This document shows positions 20,460 to 32,786 of a stretch of 64,000 bases of DNA, in pieces; position 1 is the stretch's first letter; each line of letters begins with the position of its first letter. Made by a program: the position numbers and the translations under genes. A model generated the notes under the pieces. The model was not told where the DNA came from. It worked only from the letters and a program-made list of their open reading frames with translations, and made no database searches. Source of the DNA: Azolla caroliniana (lineage: Eukaryota; Plantae; Polypodiophyta); NCBI GenBank assembly GCA_043228905.1, contig JBHGNT010000010.1, positions 1,488,001-1,552,000 of the forward strand, read 5' to 3'.

Positions 20460-21251
20460 TGTCGAGATATTACGCAAGTGCGTGTGGAAACGAGGCGGGA
20501 CCGCGGGGGTCCCGAACCAAAGAGCAAGCGAGGGAGGAGAAAGAGAGAAAACCGGCTACGCAGGACCGGGGATACACAGGGACACGGCCCTTCAGCACGG
20601 AGAACGCGAACAGACACCGACACAGACAGATGCGAATGACTAAATATGTATATTAACAAAATGGCTAACACGACTACAACCCTCGATGGGGCACAGGTTG
20701 GCTACAACCGAACAGGCCGGCGAACAGATGCCGATGCCTGTTCGCTTCGACGCACAAAGGGGTAGCAGGTCGGAGGTGCTGCCGGAAGCACTCGGGCGTT
20801 CCTCGAAACAGCGCGAGCCTCCTCGGAACCCTGCACAGAAAAGCTATCGAGCTCAAGAAGGAAGGAAACAGAGAGAGAAGCGTCCAGAAACGGTCCGACA
20901 GCACTTCGTCCTCTCTGCGCGAGATCCCTGCAACAGCTCTTTCCTGCTCCTTATATAGGCCGACGAGCAGGCCGTCATGTCAGCTTTATTCCCTGTCCCT
21001 TTCGAGCAGGGATCCGCTCCGTTCTTCACGCACCCGCGTAGTTACGCCGCCGACTCGTACAGTTCCTTAGCTCGCGCGCGCGACCGAAAAGACTGTTCGC
21101 GCGGTCTTTGTCTCCACTTGTGTTAGGGCCCGTTCCTGCCGATTATCCTCCTAATTCGCTTCTATGTACAACTTGGAGCGTGCGCGCGTGAAGAACCGGT
21201 TCCCACGCCTTGGTGCGCCGATTCCGCCTATGGACGGTTTTCTTCACGACA
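20460..21251 (-). repeat. Gypsy G 5' LTR
   Basis: 792-bp copy with a TATA-like CCTATATAAGG on minus at ~20949-20959. Confidence 0.95.
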
Positions 21252-21510
21252 ACGTTCCTTATGCGCAACGCTCGGCCACAACCGAGCTTAGAATGATACA
21301 CAGAAAACGGGAAATAAAACACGACACAAAGAAGAAGAGAATACACAGGAGGTTTACGTGGAAAACCCCAAACTAGGGAAAAAAAACCACGGCAGCCCAC
21401 AAGCTGCAAACTGTCACTATGTAAGAATATACAACAGTGAGCTCACTGAGGCACCGACCTCGTGCTCACAGATCTTCGCCACAAGCGGCGGTTACAACGG
21501 AGGCAACGAC

Positions 21511-21565
<55 letters not shown>

Positions 21566-23177
21566 CAGTTACGCACACTGATCTTGTGCAAAACAGAAAA
21601 ATGACAACAACAACTAAAAGTTTGCCCTAAGTCATATTTATACTAATATGACTTTTCGGCTATTTACAAATATAGCCTCGATGAACTCTCAGAAAACATA
21701 TTTACGAATATGTCTCTTCATCCGGTTCATACCGGGTCTGCGCCATCCGGCTCTCCGTAGCCGGGTACTCCTCATCCGGTCTTCACCGGGTCTGTATCAT
21801 CCGGCTCTCCGTAGCCGGGTACTCCTCATCCGGTTTCGGCCGAGTTTGTTCATCGGCACTGTTCTTCTCCCTTCCCATCCGGAGGGACCTGTCTCCCAAC
21901 AGCAAGCATGGACCTCGAGGTAAAGCAACTAGACATCAAGACAGCGTTCCTCCATGGTGACCTCGAAGAGGAGATCTACATGCATCAACCGGAAGGATTT
22001 GAGAAGAAAGTGAAGGAGCCCATGGTGTGCCGGCTGAAGAAGAGCCTATACAGACTGAAGCAAGCTCCCCGGCAATGGTACCGGAAGTTCAACTCCTTCA
22101 TGACCAACCAAGGGTACCACAAAACGCAAGCCGATCACTACATGTTTGTGAAGATATTTGACGAAAGAGATTTCCTGATACTCCTCCTATATGTGGATGA
22201 TATGTTGATCGTCGGACAAGACCAAGGCAAGATTCGGATGTTGAAGAAGGCTCTGAACCGAACTTTCTCAATGAAAGACTTGGGTCCGGCAAAACAAATA
22301 TTGGGAATGCACATCATCCAGGACCAGTCGAAGAAGCTGTTGTGGTTGTCGCAGGAGAAGTTCGTGACAAAGGTGCTTCGCCGGTTCAACATGTCGAAGG
22401 CGAAACCGGTCGGATCGACACTTTCGGCAAACTGCAAACTATCCAGAAAACAAAGTCCGAGGACAAAGGCGGAGAAGATGGATATGATGAAGATACCATA
22501 TGCCTCTGTTGTCGGAAGCTTGATGTACGCGATGGTATGTACCCGGCCGGATATCGGATATGGAGTCGGAGTGGTGAGCCGGTTCATCAGCAATCCCGGA
22601 AGAGAGCACTGGAACGCGGTCAACTGGATATTCTAGTACCTGAAAGGTACCTCGAGTATGTGCCTCCGGTTTGGCTCCGGTAATCCCCAACTTGACGGAT
22701 TCACGGATAAGGACATGTCGGCTGATGCGGACACCAACCAGTCTACATCCGGATATGTCATGACTTATGTAGGGGGAGCAGTATCATGGCAGTCAAGGCT
22801 GCAGAAGACGATTGCGTTGTCAACCATGGAGGCGGAGTACATGGTAGTTGTGGAAGCCGGCAAGGAGATAATCTGGATGAAGGACTTCATCGGAGAGCTA
22901 GGGATCCAACAGGAGGAATATCAACTCTACTGCGACAATCAAAGTGTCATCCACCTTGTAAAGAACGCGGCCTACCATTCTCAGACGAAACATATCCAAT
23001 GGAGATACCACTGAATCTGGGAGAGAGTAGAAGATCAAGAGTTCGTGTTGACGAAGATCCACATGGAGGAGAATGAGTCGGATATGCTGACCAAGGTGTT
23101 GACAACCGACAAGCTGGACACGTGCCGAAAGCAAATCGGGCTGGTGAGACATCCCATGCTGGAGTGAAGGGGAAGAT

Positions 23178-23747
23178 TGTTGGGAAATCGGTCCCTCCAG
23201 ATGTTATCCGGTTATGAATGGAGAGGACCCGGTGAGAACCGTAAGAGATCTGGAAACCGGATTGGTGAACCCAGTGAGAACCGGAAGAGAAGACATATTT
23301 GTAAATATGTTTTGAGTAAGCCTATTGAGGCTATATTTGTAAATAGCCCTAAGTTCATATAAGTATAAATATGACTTAGGGCAATCACTTTAGATGTGAT
23401 GTTGCAGCCATATTGTTGTATGTGTATAACTATTGATAGAGAGAGAGAGAGGGAGGGAGGGAGATACAGAACGGTTTCTGTTGTAACCGCCACTTGGCGA
23501 AGAAACAGAGCTCGAGGTCGTTGCCTCCGAGTGTCTGATTGTACCTTTTCTCATATAGTGATAGTTCAGAGCTTATCAGCTCCCGTGGTTTTTCCCTATT
23601 AGGGTTTTCCACGTAAACATCCTATGTACTCTCTATTGCTCGTGTGTGTATGAGTATTTATCTCTATTCCCATTTCTGTGTTTGATTATAAACAAAGTGA
23701 TTCAAGACATGGTTGTGGCCGAGCAATATTCCACGATATTCTCTTCA
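23178..23747 (+). repeat. Copia W 3' LTR
   Basis: Follows PPT GAGTGAAGGGGAAGA. TGTTGGG...CTTCA. Shares TATTTGTAAATA and CCGGTGAGAACC motifs with the X/Y LTRs. The right end is approximate. Confidence 0.78.
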
Positions 23748-24399
23748 TAAATGTTAGCAAAGGAAAATTGTCTTCATTGGGGAACCGGAGGACATGCTCA
23801 CATTCGACCGGAGTACAAATTTCTATGTTCATTACATGTAAGATGTCTCATGGTATTCCTTTTTGGTCTTTCACTTCCCTTAGTTGTGGTTTTCAGAGGT
23901 CATCATGGCTACAACCACTGTAATGTTTTTAGTGTAGTCATTTTGTCGTGTATGCATAATTCTACTAATGAAGAATAGTTTTTTTTGGAAAAATACTCTT
24001 CAACACAACCCTTTTACCTAATGAAGATGAGTTGTATGATGATGATGATGATAATTATTTCCCTTATTGTTCTCCATGAGCTTTTAATGAGCACATAAGG
24101 CGCTACAAAAACATCATTGCTAGGCACTAAAACTAATCCATCCTTACAAAATAAGTATTTTTACCAAATTTGCAAAAGTGGGCATTTTTGGGCACACTTG
24201 TAGCTCTTGAACCTATGATCTAAAGTTATTTACAAGATGCATAGCCTAACTTAGCATATTATAAATGTATGCACCGATTGTGAATTTTGTATGAATGTTT
24301 TACTATTATTATGATCTTTTCTTGTTTTCTTTATACAAATATCGTATGCATGAATATTCAAGCAAACTTATTGTATCTTAACTTGCCTGAATTTCTTCC

Positions 24400-25250
24400 T
24401 TTCTTATCATCCAAGAAAATCCATATTTAACTATCGGAGCAATATTTCCACATCTTTGGCACCATCTTGTCCTCACAATATCATGGCCCACTCCAAAAAT
24501 CCATAGCTAAGCACAAAGATAGTTCTTGTTTTAAGAATGGTTTACATTCATGATCAATAACTAAACTATCATTTTCCTATCCTTGCTTCATATAACCCAT
24601 CATCAAGGACTAAATTATGTAGGTTTGCCCAGGCATAAGTGAGTGTATAGGCTCCTTACATTCAAAGATGTGGTGCACCTTACAAACATTCTATAGTAAG
24701 TGGGTGCCCTTGTCTACAGTTTTCTAATATAGAAGCTTCTTTATCTCACCTTTTGTCTAGATTTGCATTGTATGTCCTTGTGCAAGTGTCAAAATCTAGG
24801 GTATTTTCTAAGATAATTACCTCAATTGTAGCCTCTTTGGCTTCAACCTTTGTGAGATACTAAGATCCACCCCTACACAACGGGAGGTTGATATTGGCTT
24901 TCTTCACTAACCATCAACATTTTTTTTATGATGCCAATTATCTCTTTATGAAACTCCCTTATTTAATTCCCAACCTTGTTCACAGTAAACTCTGCCTTCT
25001 TGATTAATACATTTTCCTCTATAACACCATTAAGATCAATTGTCACTTATGTATCAAATTTTAGATTTAAGCTTGTGGCATCCTCAAATTTTGTGAGCTT
25101 TTTCTTGTGTTCTTACCAACTATTTTCTCCTCTCGAATATGTGTTTTCATTTTAGACCTTGTATTGTATCTCTTTAATGGCCCTTTATCATTATTACATC
25201 CCATTCGTTATCCTTCTGCCTCACCTACAAAAAATTTTCCATAAAAATTA
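24400..25250 (-). pseudogene. Highly decayed gag remnant of the G/Z Gypsy lineage
   Basis: ~24900-25080 on minus reads ...IDLNGVIEENVLIKKAEFTV...EFHKEIIGIIKK, alignable to TDLRKVLEERILDSKVELSL...EFHDSIVDLVKRK. Boundaries are approximate. Confidence 0.5.
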
Positions 25251-25314
25251 TCCTCCATTAGTATTAAGATTAAAGTAGCCAAAGGCAAGATACAAGATAA
25301 TCCAACATTACAAT

Positions 25315-25863
25315 TAACAATCAGCGACGGTTCAGTTTGAACCGAACCGAACCGTGAAACCGCGGTTTAACGGCTTAACGGTTTCGACGGTTCGGTTTGG
25401 TTCGGTTCAAGTTTAGGTTTTTTAAAACAATTCGGTTCGGTTTCAGTTTGGTTTCAACAGTCAAAAGCCGCGATTTAAACGGTTTAACGGTTTTTGTTTT
25501 TTGTTTTTTTAAATTTTTATTAAAAAAAATTTAAAATTTTTAAAAATTCTTTTTAAACAATCTTTTCATTTTTACACCTTATTCTCACATTTTAGAAACA
25601 TCTAAAAAAATTTAAAAATTCTAAATAATGAAATATTATAAATTTTAAAAAATAATAAATAATAAATAAATAAATTGACCTATGTTGAAAACCGAAACCG
25701 AACCACAAAACCGCAGTTTTTACAATTTAATGGTTTAACAGTTTGAAAAATGTTTAATGGTTCGGTTTAACAGTTTCGTGGTTCGGTTCGGTTCGGTTAG
25801 GTTCAGGTTTCAAAAAAATTAAACGGTTTGGACCCTCTCAAACCGAACCGTTGTTGATTGTTA
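25315..25863. mobile_element. hAT-type MITE
   Basis: ~26-bp imperfect TIRs (TAACAATCAGCGACGGTTCAGTTTGA / TCAAACCGAACCGTTGTTGATTGTTA). Perfect 8-bp TSD ATTACAAT (25307-25314, 25864-25871). Many subterminal AACCG/CGGTT motifs and an AT-rich core. Confidence 0.82.
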
Positions 25864-26139
25864 ATTACAATGAATATTGTGCAACCAATCTTTCTAGATA
25901 AAGATAAAGGCAAGATACAAGATAATATTGGTGATCTTCTCCCTAAGTAATATTGTTGCCCTACCAGCGTCCATATCACCAAGCAATGTTGATGCCATGC
26001 CAAAGCCCCTAGAACCAATTCCATCGTATTCAACATGTAGTGATATATCTTCTTTCACAATGATTCCTTGATCGCTGCTACATGTAAGAGTTCATCATAT
26101 CCAAATGATCTAGATGAACCTACCATATGAAAATATTGG

Positions 26140-27365
26140 TTCTCCACTCAATCCAATCTCCTCAGACCCTCATGAAAATTTGCTTCTGCCTCCCCCACCA
26201 TCTTCACTCATCGTTGTATAAACTAAAAACAAATAAATGTGCTTCACAATATTTCCACATCAGCCATCTCTCCATTTTCCATGAAATTCCTGTATAGACA
26301 ACAAAGAAAAAATTAGTTGTCCTCATCCACTCATGAAATTTTGCTTCAACCCTCGATAACATCCTCACTCATACTTTCAAAAATAAATCAGCTTCCTTTT
26401 CCACAACATCCATCTTGCCAGTCATTGCCTGAGTCCTGTATCTCTCTATTTTCAACAATTTCCTGTACATACACAAAACAGAATTAATCCACTCTCCTCA
26501 CCCTCATAAAACCTTGCTTCTACCTCCACAACCATCTTCACTCGTCATTCTGAAAACTGAAAATAATAAGACTGCTTCAAAAACTTCCACATCAACTATC
26601 TCTCCATTTTGCATCAAGATCCTCTTGGCATTCATCACCCAAGTCCTATACCTACAAAAACCAAAATGAATCCACTCTCCTGAAATACTCATGAAACCTT
26701 GCTTCTACCTCCACCACCATCTTCACTCATCCTTCCAAAATTAAATCAACTTCATTTTCCACTACAACCATCTTGCCATTTATCGCCCGAGTCCTGTACC
26801 TACAAAAACCAGAATGAATCCACTCTCCTGAAACCCTCATGAAACCTTGCTTCCGCCTCCGCCACCATCTTCACTCATCCTTTCAAAATAAATCAGCTTC
26901 ATTTTTCACTACAACCATCTTGCCATTAATCGCCCGAGTTCTGTACCTACAAAAAGAAGACCAAAATGAATCCACTCTCCTCAAACCCTCATGAAACCTT
27001 GCTTTTGCCTCCACCACCATCTTCACTCATCATTCTAAAAACTGAAAATAAATAAGTTTGCTTCAAAAAACTTGCACATCAAAGCATCTCGCCATTTTCC
27101 ATCAAAATCCTCTCCATTTTCAGCACTTTCTCGTATATACACACTCCTCAGACCATCATGAAAATTTGTATTTGCCTCTGTCCCCGTCTTCATTCATCGT
27201 TCTAAAAGTTACAATAACTAAATCTACCTCAAAATAATTCCACAGCAACCCTCTCGCCATTTTCACCAAATTCCGTATAGACAACAATCAAAATAAATGA
27301 ACTGTCCTCATTTGCTCATGAAATTTTGCTTCAACCGTCAACAACATCCTCACTCATCCTTGCCA
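26140..27365. repeat. Imperfect tandem array, ~150-180-bp unit, about 7-8 copies
   Basis: Recurring AATCCACTCTCCT...CTCATGAAACCTTGCTTC...CCACCATCTTCACTCATC, for example at ~26487, 26668, 26817 and 26970. Confidence 0.8.
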
Positions 27366-27371
27366 TATTGT

Positions 27372-30300
27372 CTACACTAAGAACGATGCTGGTGGCGGAA
27401 ACAACCAACGAGGTGGAACGTAATTCCACTTAACATCATCACTTGCACCCAACAAAATAGGAATAGCTGCCCAAACTCTACGAATTCTTCTTTTTTTCCG
27501 GTTAGCTTTATTTCCATAACCCTTATAACTATCATACTCACCTTTTACTGTATGTATCACTAATTCCCAAAAGGTCTTAACCTGATCCACAACATGAATT
27601 TGTTCATCGTTGTATAGTTTGGAACATCTTGCTTTCCACAAAACCCATAGGGCCAAAGAGGAAACAATCTGCCAAACATAACACCATGAGAAGAACTTGA
27701 TTCCCGGTACGGAGGTTGAAATAGAGTACACCTAAAAACTTTTTACTTGTAAAGTCAATGAAGAATTATGATAATGATAAAAAGCCTTTTGTTGATCCAA
27801 CATTCCCCAAAATACTGCACCCCACGTGAAAATGGCTGACCTATACTGACAACCTAATAACCTAAGAATTCGAAACCAAAAACTTTTGGCCGCAACACAT
27901 TCCCAAAAAACATGATGCAATGTCTCAATTGCAAACCCACACATAACACATGATCTATCATGCATTGTTCCCCTCAATAAACCTCCTACTAGCAAGGCAT
28001 AATGAATCATCAACCATCCAAAATGTAATACCTTATTCATACACTTAAGAGACCAAAATTGTTTCCAGAACTTCAACATCTACGAGGATGACACATTACC
28101 TTCCTCCCAATATCTTTTCCCCGCAGGTACCGATTCAATATGATTCAAAAGAAAATTCCTTCCAAACGCCACAGAATATGTGAAGAATGGGAGGACCTTC
28201 GTTTGCGAAGTGTCAAATCTAGACAGCTTCCAACAATAATCAGACGGATCCCAATGAAAATCAGCAATTGGCCTAGATTGTAAAACCCAAATATGAGATG
28301 AATATTTAGCAATTAAGGAACTATGATCTATAAAGATATTTTTATCTAATCGAGCAATTACTTGCACTGGTAATTGATTTGCAGAAGACATAATTGGAGC
28401 CTCCTCCACTAAAAACAGTCTACCATTATCCAGAACTCCATAAAAATAAAGGTTGTCATTTTGATGGTATAAAGGAGCTCTTATAAGTATATTAAGAGTC
28501 GAAAACATACCATACCAATTCTGAAAATGGTCAAACTGCATAGTTGGCATTGTTACCTGAAATATCGTGGACACTTGAGAGAACATAATATTTGCCCCTC
28601 TTAAATTAGACAACCTATTCCTTTGGTCTTGCGCTAAAGTCTCCGAAAACTTTAGCCACTCCACAACCGTATGGGCGGGGCCACTATCCAATGCCGCCCA
28701 AGATAACCTAGGCCGTAAACCCAAAACACATGCAGCTTCATCAGTAAATAAAGGATTCCATAACAATGGTTGACGCATGAATTGAGAATGAGTTTTTGGT
28801 GGCAAGAAAACAAGTGCTTGACGAATACTTTCCCATGCATGACTAATTACATTAAATAACCGTAAAGACCCAACAGACGACTTCGGTAAAGGAAAACCGA
28901 ATTAAAGAACCATTTAAGACTATCCCTCCATTGACCACCTACATATGGCTTAAACTTATGTAAATGAAGAATCCATAACTCCTCTCCAGGCAATAAACTT
29001 CTAACAACATGTTTAGCCGGTAATGCCTTACTTTGCATTAAGGGATCAATCAAACCTAAAGCTCCTTTCTGTTAAAGACTGTATAAGAACCAACCAAGCG
29101 ACCTTTGCTACAAGAGTGTGTGAACTAGCATTCCCCCAAATAAAATTTCGTACTAGACGTTGAACTTTAAGCATTATTGACCTAGAAAACAACCATGTAG
29201 ATGCAATATACCAAATCGAGGACAAAAGCACCGAATTTGCAACAACTACACGTCATGTTAAGGACAACTTTTCCTTATTCTAGTATATTAACTTATTTCT
29301 TAATCTTAACAACAAAGGCGTTATCATATCTTCTGCATTTAATCCCAAACCCACTCTACATCCTATATACCTAATAGAATGACCTGTATGTATCCATGTA
29401 AATCCTGAACAAAATACATTAATTGGCGGATCTCCCTTAGCCACCCAAAAACCTGATGATTTATCCTAATTAATCAATGCACCCAATGCATGTGAGAAGT
29501 CATCCACAGCTTTTTGAAATCAACCTGTGAGGTTTGGACATAGAGAGTTGTATCATCAGCAAACTCACTATCCACGCCAACATTTGCAAATGGTATTGCT
29601 AAACCTTTGATATTTACATTATGAGAATTTAAATGTACAGAAAACACTTCAGAAACTAGTAGAAACAGAAAAGGAGCAAGTGGACATCCATGTCTTACAG
29701 ATCTTGAAATAGAGAAACGTCTACCAATATCCCTTGCAAATAGAAGAGAGTTGTGTGCATTACAATATAGTGTTGAAACTCCTTGGATCCATATGTTTGG
29801 AAAACCCATCCTGAGCAAAGTACCCACCATAAAATCTCAATCCACTATGTCATAAGCTTTCTCAAAATCAAGAAATAACACTGCCAAATCTTGCTTATGT
29901 AGCTCAGCGAAGGCAACCATTTCCCAAAAAACAATAATATTATCAAAAATACTCCGTTCTTGCATAAAACCAGTTTGGGAAACATGAATTAACTTAGAAA
30001 GGTAAGGTTGTAGATGTCTAGCTATCGTTTTTGCTAATATCTTATAAATAACATTCAACAAAGTGATTTGTCTCCAATTTTGAAGCTCCTCTAACTGGCC
30101 ACTTGATTTGGGAATCATATATATTAACCCCTCATTCCAATCTTGTGGCATATTTCCAGAATCTAAAATTTGTTGATTGGTTAGTCCCACACCTATCATA
30201 TCCCAATACTTTATATACCATTGAACCCCCAACCCATCCAATCCAGGACAAACATCCTTTGCTAAGGTCTTTGCCGCTTTCAGAGTCTCTTGAGGGCTTA

Positions 30301-30640
30301 ATGGTTTCAAAAGACATTCTGAAAGTTGTATAGATACTCTACTTTGAATCCTTGACCATACAATATCCCGTTTAAACAAACCATCTCTAGAAAAGGATCC
30401 AGCCTTCAATAAATTTTCATAATAATTCGAGGCTATTTGACGCATCTGACTAGGATCAGTGGTATAAGAGCCATCATGACATTCTAAACAAGAAATCCTA
30501 TCAATCAACTTATGATGATTATGCATTGCAAAAAACCGGTTTATTCACTTTATCTCCCGACTCTGCCCATTCAGAAAGTATATTATGATAAGTAAAATCA
30601 GTTGAAACCTTTTGTAATTCCAAAATCTTATTCCCTACTT
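27372..30640 (-). mobile_element. Degenerate 5'-truncated LINE (L1/Tx1-like) ORF2: RT and C-terminal zinc finger
   Basis: CPGLDGL, WRQITLLNVIYKILAK, QTGF..RSIFDN, LDFEKAYD, SVRHGCPLAPFLF, FADDTT, CVMCGFAIETLHHVFWEC and LWVLWKARC, with several stops and frameshifts. Confidence 0.9.
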
Positions 30641-30659
30641 GTATCACTCTAGAGCATTT

Positions 30660-32100
30660 TTTAACTCTTTGATTTCCAACATTGTCCTTCCTTGACATCT
30701 TGTCATGACTTCAATCTCTAACTCAACTCAAAAGCCAAGTGAGTATAACTCATAAATGGTTATGCAATAGTTAACCTTCAACCCTTGTAATTCCCTCCAT
30801 AATCTCCCTTCCCAAATTTGGGTGCTAGGGTGTGTTCAACTTCCATGAAACATTTCTCCAATGCATTAGATGTTTAGTTAGGCACTACATTCAATCTTCC
30901 ATGCTCATTATTATATTCCCAATGTACCCTTCCCCTTTATAAAGTTTCATTTCCCTGATACATTCTCCCCCCCCCCCCCCCAAAAAAAACTTTTACTTTT
31001 CCAAATACCCTCCCCCCTTTCCCTAAAGTTTGTCCTACCTCGGAAATATCTTCTAAAGCATATTATGGTAACCTGTCAAGTTGCAGTTACCTCAAGGATA
31101 AAATTCTTCCCTTTCTCTCTCCAAGCTTTGCACAAGAAGTTGCATTCTTAGTTCTAAATGTTCTACAATACTCTTCATTCTACATGATTGGTTACATCCT
31201 CTCTGGCTCACATTAGCTACTTCATTTTCTAGAGTCTAATAAGCATCATCACCAAGTCAACCATCCAGTTATGATGCATAGTTAGTGGGTAGGTTGGATA
31301 TAAACCATCTTTGAGATGCACATTAGAATAGACAAGTATCACATGTTTCCACATATTGCACCACATCCATGTACATTCTTGCCCACAAATAATTTTTTAT
31401 TTCAATATAGAAAATGTGGCCATACACCATTACCCCCAACCCATAGGTTTTCATAGAACTTTGCATATTGTTCATCCTTCTTTTAGGTCACTAGTTGCAA
31501 GTCCCCCTTTCTTAGGATGCCACCAAAGATAGCTTCATAAAAAAAACATTTCTATTGAACCTATTTAAGTTTTTATACTCTTCCTATTTCTAGGAATCTT
31601 CCTTGACAAAGGTACTCAAATACCTATCAATATTGATTCATTTTCCATCATATTCTTCTTCTCTACGTCAAAACTCAACAAGCTTGGTCCTTCCACACTT
31701 GCACTTGCATTTGAGGATGTACAAAAGTTTACATCATCATCATCACTTTAATTCTATTGAGTTTCTTTAGTATCTTCAAACTTGGTTCTAGACAACATGA
31801 TGTTATCTTTCCTTTTGATATGGTGGAACTCTAGGATTAAGAACTTTATACTAGCAGTCCACCTCAACATCACCACCTCAAATATAGAGCATTTTGCAAT
31901 CATCACCAACAAAGGCAAGTAATCTATCTCCACAATGTCACTATCGATCAAGTGGTCCTTGTCACATTTTACTTTAATATTCTCCACAATTCTCTTTCCA
32001 CTTGAGGGTATTTCTTGATCCCAATGCCAAGGATGATAGAAGTTACAAATTTGTAACCAACCATCATCGTCTCTACGATAAAGCTCTCATACAAATGTCT
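30660..32100 (-). pseudogene. Highly decayed RNaseH-integrase remnant of the G/Z Gypsy lineage
   Basis: ORF 31754-31987 (VKCDKDHLIDSDIVEIDYLPLLVMIAKCS..MLRW..IK..EFHHIKRKDNIMLSRTKFED) aligns with pol VKADKDYLIGTEVIIETDCMPILGMVSGC..MLRWIAYIK..EIRHISGKDNAMADMLSRARFDD. Boundaries are approximate. Confidence 0.7.
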
Positions 32101-32786
32101 TTGTTTCAACCCAAATTTTTCCTTGAGATCAAAACGAAGTGTAATAATGCAAATAAATGGAAGTGTAGCAACCTATTTAGAAGTATTTATTCTCAATAGC
32201 CATTTAGCATTCTTTGAATTCGTAACCATAATGGGTTGTGCTCTAGCAAAGTATCACCAAATTCTCATTAAAAATAAGTTTTATAAACACAAATGCTAAC
32301 TAAACTTATTCATGAACGTGAACGCAAACTATAAATGATTCATTGCTACTCCAGAAAAGAAAGAAGAAAAAAACCATGGTTGCTCACTTTACTTGTAAAT
32401 TTAATTCATTGATCCTTTGTCCCTTTCTTGACGATTGAAAATGGAAGAATTTACATAGATAAAGTACATAGTTACATGTGCTTTTGGTTCTCGAGGAGGA
32501 AAAAAAAAAGAGGCAATAACATGATAGATTCCAAGCAATCTAAACGGCGGTATACACTTTAAATATAACTTTGATTCCCACTAGGCTACATGACCAAAAC
32601 ATTCAAACACATTTTGAGATTCTAGAGTGACAAATTGGTACCCCCACATACAACCAACCAATCATGTGGTTCTCCAAAGCCAGAAACAGATAATTATTGC
32701 ATTAAAAATCGGAGTCATCATATGGAATGCCTTTGAGGAGGGAAAATAGGATATAATATCAATCTATTTAAGTTAATTTAGTAACT

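Larger units (their letters stand above)
13948..21251 (-). mobile_element. Full-length young Ty3/Gypsy LTR retrotransposon G (7304 bp, no chromodomain)
   Basis: Two 792-bp LTRs with TGTCG...CGACA ends. ACGT duplicated at 13944-13947 and 21252-21255. PBS at 20438-20455, PPT at ~14740-14752. Domain order gag-PR / RT-RH-IN. Confidence 0.96.
13931..21901 (-). mobile_element. Copia-family solo LTR V (pieces 13931-13947 and 21256-21901), split by the Gypsy insertion
   Basis: On minus, TGTTGGGAGACAGGTCCC...TTCCCGTCA, similar to the X/Y/W LTRs. Flanked by the GCAAG TSD. No internal domain. Confidence 0.85.
13345..23747 (+). mobile_element. 5'-truncated Ty1/copia W (relative of X/Y); RT interrupted by nested insertions
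   Basis: RT reads ...SIRTVLSIVAS to 13930 and resumes MDLEVKQLDIKTAFLHG at 21908. TSD GCAAG at 13926-13930 and 21902-21906. RNaseH runs to 23167, then PPT and 3' LTR. Confidence 0.87.

Noticed and set aside
13948-21251. Fungal or bacterial contamination suggested by high GC
   Set aside because: The element has a clean TSD inside a plant copia LTR, and older relatives occur in the same window.
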